A stretch of DNA of 32,000 nucleotides from Candidatus Methanoperedens sp. (GCA_041494705.1 JBGQBI010000004.1:210001-242000), one strand, 5' to 3'; numbered from the stretch's first letter, positions 1 to 5,911 are shown. Notes: a model not told the origin generated them from the sequence alone. Numbers and translations: made by a program.

Positions 1-368
1 TTTTAACTTATTCAGGTTACTTTAATACGATAACCAAAATCATGCTCCTAAAACAAACTGCGCCCCCCTCCTCGAAGAGCGACTCCACTGGCGCAGCCCC
101 GCTGGCAACCTTTCATCTGCGGTTTTTGATGTAGTTTTACCAACATCGTTTTTTGAGAAAGCGCCTTAAATTAATCGTGTTTGATTTATAAAAATTCAAG
201 GCGCTTCATGGAATTCCAGCCCCCTTCAATCCCGTAACTCAACCTCGCCCCCTCCACTCCCGCAAACACACGGCGCCGCCAGACGAGCGCGGCGCCTTGG
301 ATGGAACTGTAACTACTTACAATCGTAAGAGATGATTATATTTAGATAAAAAACATACAATAGCTACC

Positions 369-581
369 ATGAGAACATTCCTTGTATCCATTCAGAAGGA
401 AGACAAATTCTTTGTTGCAAGATGCCCTGAGCTTGGTGTAACCTCACAGGGAGAAACCCTTGAAGAAGCGCAGGCAAACATCAAGGAGGCCATCGAACTC
501 TATATCGAAAGTTTCGGTGAAGACCTGCCTCGCGAGACATCCAAACCTTTCTGGACAACAGTTGAAGTAGCCTATGCCTAA
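369..581 (+). CDS. hicB: HicB-like antitoxin (UPF0150-type fold, no DNA-binding extension)
   Basis: 70-aa ORF. The segment FVARCPELGVTSQGETLEEAQANIKEAIELY is typical of HicB/UPF0150. It overlaps the downstream hicA start by 8 nt. Confidence 0.8.
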   Translation: MRTFLVSIQKEDKFFVARCPELGVTSQGETLEEAQANIKEAIELYIESFGEDLPRETSKPFWTTVEVAYA

Positions 582-801
582 ACTGCCTGTAATATCTGGT
601 AAAGAACTTGTCTCTGCATTAAAAAAGGCAGGATTTGTGGAAGTTCGTCAAACGGGCAGTCACGTTTCTCTTCAAAAAGTCACGCCAGAAATAACCTATA
701 AAACTGTTGTTCCACTGCATCGGGAACTTGCAAAAGGGACACTTCTTGATATTCTTCATCAGACTGGTTTGAGTAGGAAAGACCTGCTGGAATTGCTTTA
801 A
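574..801 (+). CDS. hicA: HicA mRNA-interferase toxin (YcfA family)
   Basis: 75-aa ORF. The segment ISGKELVSALKKAGFVEVRQTGSHVSLQK is the HicA signature. It is translationally coupled to hicB. Confidence 0.8.
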   Translation: MPKLPVISGKELVSALKKAGFVEVRQTGSHVSLQKVTPEITYKTVVPLHRELAKGTLLDILHQTGLSRKDLLELL

Positions 802-953
802 TTCATGAAGTGCTCTTAAAAATCCAGCCCCCAAAGCACTCACGCAATCACTGTTCTCCTCCATCCACCAAAACCCTCTGGCCTCCGCGAAAAGCACCCG
901 TATATGGGATATGTGATTCATTCTAGATTGAGTACCGTATTTTAGGACGACAG

Positions 954-1023
954 GGAATAAATGCGGAGCAATTTGCCTGATTTATTCTGTTTTTGGAATT
1001 ATAATGACAACTGTTGCTGATTT
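954..1023 (+). repeat. 70-bp direct repeat, copy 1 (promoter-like, contains 8-bp hairpin GAATAAAT/ATTTATTC and TTATAAT)
   Basis: 66 of 70 nt are identical to 3154-3223. The offset between copies is exactly 2200 bp. Confidence 0.9.
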
Positions 1024-1061
1024 CTGAACCGATATAAGTAATGAGTTATTTATCAGGTATC

Positions 1062-1112
1062 AGGTGATACAAAATGAATCACATCAAAAGAAGGAATCGC
1101 CTTTGTCTCTGA
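1062..1112 (+). promoter_or_regulatory. Translation-start module copy A (SD AGGTGAT, ATG 1074, AGAAGG-N6-CTTTGT, 0-frame TGA 1110)
   Basis: The 0-frame reads atg aat cac atc aaa aga agg aat cgc ctt tgt ctc tga (MNHIKRRNRLCL). The module is homologous to copies at 10813, 5911(-), 9457(-) and 9707. Confidence 0.7.
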
Positions 1113-1299
1113 TAAAGGCAAAGTACAGAAAACAACTCCGGTTCTCAATACGTTGAAGGAGTGGCGTGAGTTTGAATACTCACGGGCACAGAAAACAACT
1201 CCGGTGCTTGAAACACTCGATGCAATGATAGCAAGAGCAGAGCAGGAATTGGCTGCTGAATCGAATAATGAACGAACAGTTAATTTTAGAGGTCGATAA
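1078..1299 (+). CDS. Small protein (about 73 aa) in the +1 frame of module A; start mechanism unresolved
   Basis: The frame is open for 74 codons and ends 2 nt before the dsrE-like ATG. It has an internal in-phase duplication QKTTPVL(N/E)TL (1126-1155 and 1189-1218) in which 4 of 5 differing codons are synonymous. There is no ATG/GTG/TTG before codon 50. Confidence 0.6.
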   Translation: MTSKEGIAFVSDKGKVQKTTPVLNTLKEWREFEYSRAQKTTPVLETLDAMIARAEQELAAESNNERTVNFRGR

Positions 1300-1301
1300 A
1301 C

Positions 1302-1631
1302 ATGACAAATTTATTATTAGTATTGTCCAAAGACCCGTATACAACCGAGATACCCAATCTCGTGCTGGATATCGGTTTAAATGCCAAGGCAAAGAAGGGC
1401 AACAACGTCTCCCTGTATCTTGTGGAGGACGGGGTTACCGCTGCAAGGAAAAGCGAATTCGGAAATAAACTTCAGGATGCTAAAAAGAAAGGCATCAGAA
1501 TTCTCGCAGATGATAAGGCTGTGCAGTCAAGAGGACTTGACGGCAACTTGGTTGCTGGCGTGGAAGTAAAGGAAATAGGCACCCTTCTCGACCACATAGT
1601 TGAGGACAACACGAGAGTGGCATGGTTCTGA
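1302..1631 (+). CDS. DsrE/DsrF/DsrH-family sulfur-relay protein (Cys-less, DsrH/TusB-like position)
   Basis: 109 aa. The N-terminal beta-strand LLLVLSKDPY and the motif KAVQSRGL are typical of the DsrEFH fold. It contains no cysteine. Confidence 0.65.
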   Translation: MTNLLLVLSKDPYTTEIPNLVLDIGLNAKAKKGNNVSLYLVEDGVTAARKSEFGNKLQDAKKKGIRILADDKAVQSRGLDGNLVAGVEVKEIGTLLDHIVEDNTRVAWF

Positions 1632-1641
1632 GGTGATAGGA

Positions 1642-2022
1642 ATGGCAAACAACGGCAATAGCAAAACCTTAACAATCGTATCGATAAACGGACCATATCG
1701 CGATGAAGCGGCATATACACTCATCAGGCTCGCCCATGCTGCAAAGGAGAAGGGTATCAATGTCAACTTCTTCAACTACCTTGACGGTACAATAATCGGA
1801 CACCGTGACCAGGGACCGAAGGAGTTCCCTGTTGTGGAGTCACTTTTTGGCACAGTGCTCAAGAAGGGGCTTAAAAATCCTAAGACCGATGCAATCGCAT
1901 GCATAAAATGCACCGATGCCCGCGGTGTGACAAAACAGCAGACTGAAGGCGTAGTCATCGGCGGGTTATATGACCTCGGTGAATGGACAGCGGAATCGGA
2001 TAAGACAATACTACTGGGGTGA
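1642..2022 (+). CDS. DsrE/TusD-like sulfurtransferase subunit (active-site Cys present)
   Basis: The ATG at 1642 is preceded by AGGTGATAGG. The motif IACIKCTDARGV matches the DsrE/TusD Cys-x-x-x-x-RG active-site region. Confidence 0.7.
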   Translation: MANNGNSKTLTIVSINGPYRDEAAYTLIRLAHAAKEKGINVNFFNYLDGTIIGHRDQGPKEFPVVESLFGTVLKKGLKNPKTDAIACIKCTDARGVTKQQTEGVVIGGLYDLGEWTAESDKTILLG

Positions 2023-2027
2023 AAAAT

Positions 2028-2402
2028 ATGAGCAAGAAAGTAAACATAATCGTGACCCAGCCACCCTACGGCAAGGAAGACGCATACAGCGCAATACCTC
2101 TTGCCGAGACGCAGGCTGCGGCAGGCAACTCGCCTTCAATCACTTTCGTGAGCGGAGGCGTGCATTCGGTGGTGAAGGGACAGAAGACAGGGTACGGCGA
2201 AGCTGCCGTATGGCAGAAAGATGTGCCGAGCGTGGAAGCTACCATCATCAAGGCAAAGGAGAGCGTCAGGTTTTATGCACTTGAGGCTGACCTGAAAAAA
2301 AGAGGTGTAGCTGACGGCGAAATTATCGAAGGAGTATCGAAGCTGAACATCGATGACCTCACGAACAGGATACTGGAGAGCGAGGTAACACTGGTGTTCT
2401 GA
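2028..2402 (+). CDS. DsrF/TusC-like sulfur-relay subunit (Cys-less)
   Basis: The ATG at 2028 follows GGGGTGA. The segments VNIIVTQPPYGKEDAY and LEADLKKRGV are DsrE/F-family features. Confidence 0.65.
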   Translation: MSKKVNIIVTQPPYGKEDAYSAIPLAETQAAAGNSPSITFVSGGVHSVVKGQKTGYGEAAVWQKDVPSVEATIIKAKESVRFYALEADLKKRGVADGEIIEGVSKLNIDDLTNRILESEVTLVF

Positions 2403-2403
2403 G

Positions 2404-2637
2404 ATGGGAATAGTTCACGACTTCGAACTGGACGTTAGGGGCGAGGCATGCCCCTATCCTTTAATCAGGACGAAACAGCAGGTGGGCAGGCTTCAAAAGG
2501 GCGAGGTGCTCAAAGTCCTTGCCAGCGACCCGGTGGCGCCGCAGAATATCGATGCGTGGGCAAAAAAATCGGGGAATGAACTGCTGGCTGTGGAAGTAAA
2601 CAACAGCACCTACAATATCTTTGTCTGGAAAGGCTAA
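2404..2637 (+). CDS. tusA: TusA/SirA-family sulfur carrier
   Basis: 77 aa. The segment LDVRGEACPYPLIRTKQ carries the CPxP motif, followed by LKVLASDP. Confidence 0.85.
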   Translation: MGIVHDFELDVRGEACPYPLIRTKQQVGRLQKGEVLKVLASDPVAPQNIDAWAKKSGNELLAVEVNNSTYNIFVWKG

Positions 2638-2731
2638 TCCCAACTTTTTTTTAAAACCTCCAAAGCGCATAATAAGAGCAATTTTTGCCTGCACCTTAAA
2701 TTACAATAAACCGGAAATTCATGGGATATAT

Positions 2732-2950
2732 ATGCATAAATTAGACGCAAGAGGCAAGGTATGCCCACTGCCCCTGTTTTATACCAAGAAAGAAATCGAT
2801 GAGTTGAAACCCGGGGAAGAGCTTGAAGTACTGACTGACGATGCAATCGCAAAAGATACGATTCCACGGTGGAGCAGGGAACACGGGCATGAAATAGTTA
2901 AGGTCGAGGATTCAGGCCGCGATTTTAGAGTGGTTATAAGAAAACGCTGA
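2732..2950 (+). CDS. tusA: TusA/SirA-family sulfur carrier, second paralogue
   Basis: 72 aa from the ATG at 2732. The segment LDARGKVCPLPLFYTKK carries CPxP, followed by LEVLTDD. It is separated from the first tusA by a T8 run. Confidence 0.85.
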   Translation: MHKLDARGKVCPLPLFYTKKEIDELKPGEELEVLTDDAIAKDTIPRWSREHGHEIVKVEDSGRDFRVVIRKR

Positions 2951-3024
2951 ACTGTTTTTTTGCTTTAACTATTACTGACATTCCTGTCAAAATTTTTTAT
3001 AATCTGATTGCAGGAGGTGTAGAG

Positions 3025-3111
3025 ATGGGAGGCGCTCACTCCCAGCCCTGTTGCACAGGTGTGCAACCGCGATGTGATTGCACATGCACTTACTTCTTTC
3101 AGTCTATTTAA
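3025..3111 (+). CDS. Possible 28-aa Cys-rich micropeptide (MGGAHSQPCCTGVQPRCDCTCTYFFQSI)
   Basis: A perfect SD AGGAGGTG lies 6 nt upstream of the ATG. The peptide has five Cys residues. The ORF overlaps a copy of the C-rich intergenic element, so it may be fortuitous. Confidence 0.3.
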   Translation: MGGAHSQPCCTGVQPRCDCTCTYFFQSI

Positions 3112-3153
3112 GTATTGTAAAGAGGATGATTTTGCTTTGAACCCTCGCTAATT

Positions 3154-3223
3154 GGAATAAATGCGGAGCAATTTGCCTGATTTATTCGGTTTCTGGAACT
3201 ATAATGGCAACTGTTGCTGATTT
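3154..3223 (+). repeat. 70-bp direct repeat, copy 2 (38 nt upstream of S-layer ATG)
   Basis: 66 of 70 nt are identical to 954-1023. Confidence 0.9.
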
Positions 3224-3260
3224 ATCTAATGTTATATAGGTTTGGAAAAATGTCTGGCGC

Positions 3261-5387
3261 ATGGAGTTAACAAAAATGATAAAAATATTTACAATATTTG
3301 CACTTATGTTCATACTGGCAATACCTGCGACAGCAGCCAATATAACAAAAGTCGAAATTCACGGCGTGGTTTTTGACGAAAAATCAAGTACCTACAATAC
3401 CACATTGCAATGGGATGCCCAGAACTTCACAGGATTCTATTATAACTTTAACGGGGGGAAGTCAAGTGAAACTCTCAACATTACTCAATCTGCTTCAAGC
3501 TTAACAGCCAGCAGCAGGACTATTCAGAAGGATAATCTGTTTTATAATACCTCGCGCACAAGCCAGAACTACACCCTGTTCACTGCAAAAGGGTGGAAAG
3601 TTGAGAACGGTCTTACAAGTACCTTTACAAAAAATACCACAGGAGGCTATTATGCACAGCTTGGATGGTTCGGTGATCGGTACGTGGCTGTAAACGGGAA
3701 AGCAAACAAATTAGCTAAACTGATTAAAGAGCAGAAGATAGAGGAAAAACAGATATTAAAGCTCGGCACAGCATGGGACCTCGGGGAAGGTTACAATATT
3801 ACGGTTGAATCTCTTGATACAACAACTTCCCCAAGGCAAGCATGGCTTTCCCTTAACAAGGATGGAAAAGTTCTTGATAATAGGGTCGTGAACGAGGGTG
3901 ATGTTTATACTTACGTTGAGAAAAGCGTGAGCGGCGAATCGGATGTCCCAATATTTGTTACTTATGTGGAAAGTATCTTTACTGGTGGAGAGGGCATGTC
4001 TGTGCTTGTTCAGCTCAGATATACCTGGCTCATCTCCCGGAATGTGCTTGAGGTCAAGGTAGCAGATAAGTTCGGCGTGTTTGAGGTAAAGGAGGCAAAT
4101 GAAAACTACCTGCTTCTTTACAATAAGGACAAGACCGTAAACCTTGACCAGAACACAGTGCAGCCACTTTACAGCGATCTGAAATTTAAAGTAGCGGATA
4201 AGGATACAGCTTTGCGGTTCTATCCGATTCTTGAAAAAACAGCGCCCGGAAAGTATGAGATACGGGGAGGCGCCTATGACCAGACCCAATACAAGAATCT
4301 TGTCTGGGATGCCCAGAGGTTCCCTGGCTTCTATTATAACTTTAACGGAGGAAAGTCAAGTGAAACCCTCAACATTACTCAATCTGCTTCAAGCTTAAAT
4401 GCCAGCAGCAGGACTATTCAGAAAGAGAATCTGTTTTATAATACCTCGCGAACAAGCCAGAACTACACGCTGTTCACTGCAAAAGGGTGGAAAGTTGAGA
4501 ACGGTCTTACAAGTACCTTTACAAAAAATACCACAGGAGGCTATTATGCACAACTTGGATGGTTCGGCGATCGGTACGTGGCTGTAAACGGGAAAGCAAA
4601 CAAATTAGCTAAACTGATTAAAGAGCAGAAAATAGAGGAAAAGCAGACTTTGAAGCTCGGCACAGCATGGGACCTCGGAGAGGGATACAATCTTACAGTC
4701 GAAGCACTCGATACAAAAGCATCTCCAAGGCAAGCATCGCTTTCACTATCCAGGGATGGCAAAATTCTTGATACCAAAGTAGTGAACGAGGGGGATGTCT
4801 ATACCTACACCGAGAAAAGCGTTAGTGGCGAGTCCGATGTGCCGATATTTGTAACCTACGTGGAAAGCATATTCACAGGCGACGAAGGCATGTCCGCCTT
4901 TGTCCAGCCCAGGTACACATGGCTTGTCTCGCAGAATGTGTTTGAAGTTAAAGCAGGAGATAAGTTCGGCGTATTTGAGGTAAAGGAAGCTAATGAAAAC
5001 TACCTGCTCCTCTATAACAAAGACAAGCAGATAGACCTCAATCAGAACACTGTCCTGCCGTTATACGGCGATCTGAAATTTAAAGTAGCGGATAAGGATA
5101 CAGCTTTGCGGTTCTATCCCTTTATAGAGCAAACAATCCCATCCAATAAGGAATTAAAAGCTGCAAGTGCAGTTCCAACCACTACAGTGCCCACAATAAC
5201 ACAGGCGTCATCTGCAATATCATCCTCGCTGCAAGCGGCAGCGCCAGAAGCTGCATTAGCCCCGGTGCAGACAGTCGTGTCGATAAAAACAGAAAATAAC
5301 ACATCTGCACCAGGGCAGTGGTACTGGGTTCTGTTTGCAATCGCGGGTCTTGTTACAACAGGATACCTGGTGTTGAGGAGAGATTAA
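3261..5387 (+). CDS. S-layer protein with tandem DUF1608-type domains, Thr/Ser/Ala-rich stalk and C-terminal TM anchor
   Basis: 708 aa. It has a signal peptide (IFALMFILAIPATAANIT), two 298-aa repeats, the stalk PTTTVPTITQASS, and a C-terminus PGQWYWVLFAIAGLVTTGYLVLRRD. This architecture matches Methanosarcina-type S-layer proteins. Confidence 0.9.
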   Translation: MELTKMIKIFTIFALMFILAIPATAANITKVEIHGVVFDEKSSTYNTTLQWDAQNFTGFYYNFNGGKSSETLNITQSASSLTASSRTIQKDNLFYNTSRTSQNYTLFTAKGWKVENGLTSTFTKNTTGGYYAQLGWFGDRYVAVNGKANKLAKLIKEQKIEEKQILKLGTAWDLGEGYNITVESLDTTTSPRQAWLSLNKDGKVLDNRVVNEGDVYTYVEKSVSGESDVPIFVTYVESIFTGGEGMSVLVQLRYTWLISRNVLEVKVADKFGVFEVKEANENYLLLYNKDKTVNLDQNTVQPLYSDLKFKVADKDTALRFYPILEKTAPGKYEIRGGAYDQTQYKNLVWDAQRFPGFYYNFNGGKSSETLNITQSASSLNASSRTIQKENLFYNTSRTSQNYTLFTAKGWKVENGLTSTFTKNTTGGYYAQLGWFGDRYVAVNGKANKLAKLIKEQKIEEKQTLKLGTAWDLGEGYNLTVEALDTKASPRQASLSLSRDGKILDTKVVNEGDVYTYTEKSVSGESDVPIFVTYVESIFTGDEGMSAFVQPRYTWLVSQNVFEVKAGDKFGVFEVKEANENYLLLYNKDKQIDLNQNTVLPLYGDLKFKVADKDTALRFYPFIEQTIPSNKELKAASAVPTTTVPTITQASSAISSSLQAAAPEAALAPVQTVVSIKTENNTSAPGQWYWVLFAIAGLVTTGYLVLRRD
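3351..5138 (+). repeat. Intragenic tandem duplication, 2 x 894 nt (298 codons)
   Basis: TGGGATGCCCAGA occurs at both 3411 and 4305. An identical peptide run of more than 70 aa (LFYNTSRTSQ...KIEEKQ) is present in both halves, with only about 6 nt differences, all synonymous. Confidence 0.95.
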
Positions 5388-5485
5388 AACCATCTTCTTT
5401 TTTATGAAAATATCTTACCTTAAAAAGGCAGCAGACTGGGCCAAGGAACACCCGAAATAAGGTATGGTTAAGAGAGAAATATAGA

Positions 5486-5557
5486 AGCCAGAGTCCGGAC
5501 TCGAACCGGAATGAAATCGCTCTGCTGGCGATTGCGTAGCCGCTCTGCCACCCTGGC
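5486..5557 (-). tRNA. tRNA-Cys (GCA)
   Basis: Cloverleaf read by hand on the minus strand. The acceptor stem is GCCAGGG/CUCUGGC. The T arm is UCCGG-UUCGAGU-CCGGA. The anticodon stem is AUCGC/GCGAU with loop CAGCAGA. The discriminator is U and no CCA is encoded. Confidence 0.85.
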
Positions 5558-5604
5558 ATTCAATATAAAAAGCGCATAACCAAAATATAAAAAATAGGAA
5601 GGGG

Positions 5605-5892
5605 TTATCCGGTCGGCACCCCCGGGGCATTATTCAGCCCGTACAGGCTCTGGCGCGCATCCTGGAAATAGAAGCGCTCCTGCAATATATTTTCTTCTTT
5701 CAGTCTGTTCAGGGCGTATCTGACTGTTCTTGCCGGAAGATAGGTTTCCCTCGCAATATCCTTTTGTGTCAAAAAGCCGCTGGATTCCAGCACTTTGAAA
5801 ACAAGCTTTGCCGAGGGAGGTAAATGATCTATCTTCGCGTTCGCTAACTCAAATAGCTGTCCATTGTTTGCAAAGACGATTCCTTCTTGAAT
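5605..5892 (-). CDS. Small winged-helix transcriptional regulator; +1 frame of module C; start unresolved
   Basis: The segment LPPSAKLVFKVLESSGFLTQKDIARETYLPARTVRYALNRLKEENIL is a typical archaeal wHTH. The first canonical start (GTG 5793) would delete helix 1. The frame is open up to 5892, where a TGA overlaps the module ATG. Confidence 0.7.
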   Translation of the reverse strand: MQEGIVFANNGQLFELANAKIDHLPPSAKLVFKVLESSGFLTQKDIARETYLPARTVRYALNRLKEENILQERFYFQDARQSLYGLNNAPGVPTG

Positions 5893-5911
5893 TCATTTTA
5901 AAATTCTCCAG
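5849..5911 (-). promoter_or_regulatory. Translation-start module copy C (SD GGAG, ATG 5896, AGAAGG-N6-CTTTGC, 0-frame TGA 5851-5849)
   Basis: The 0-frame reads atg aat tca aga agg aat cgt ctt tgc aaa caa tgg aca gct att tga (MNSRRNRLCKQWTAI). Confidence 0.7.

Noticed and set aside
619-921. 100-aa minus-strand ORF
   Set aside because: Most of it is antisense to hicA, and the rest covers the C-rich intergenic element. It has no SD and its composition is not protein-like. Its first 13 nt (aATGAATCACAT) match module A, but AGAAGG-N6-YTTTGY is absent.
1268-1569. Alternative-frame ORFs over the first DsrE-like gene (1268-1468, 1381-1569)
   Set aside because: The frame starting at 1302 gives the DsrE/F/H-like fold signature. 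The other frames are basic, low-complexity sequence.
3756-4289. 177-aa minus-strand ORF inside the S-layer gene
   Set aside because: It is antisense to a strongly supported coding region and has an implausible sequence.
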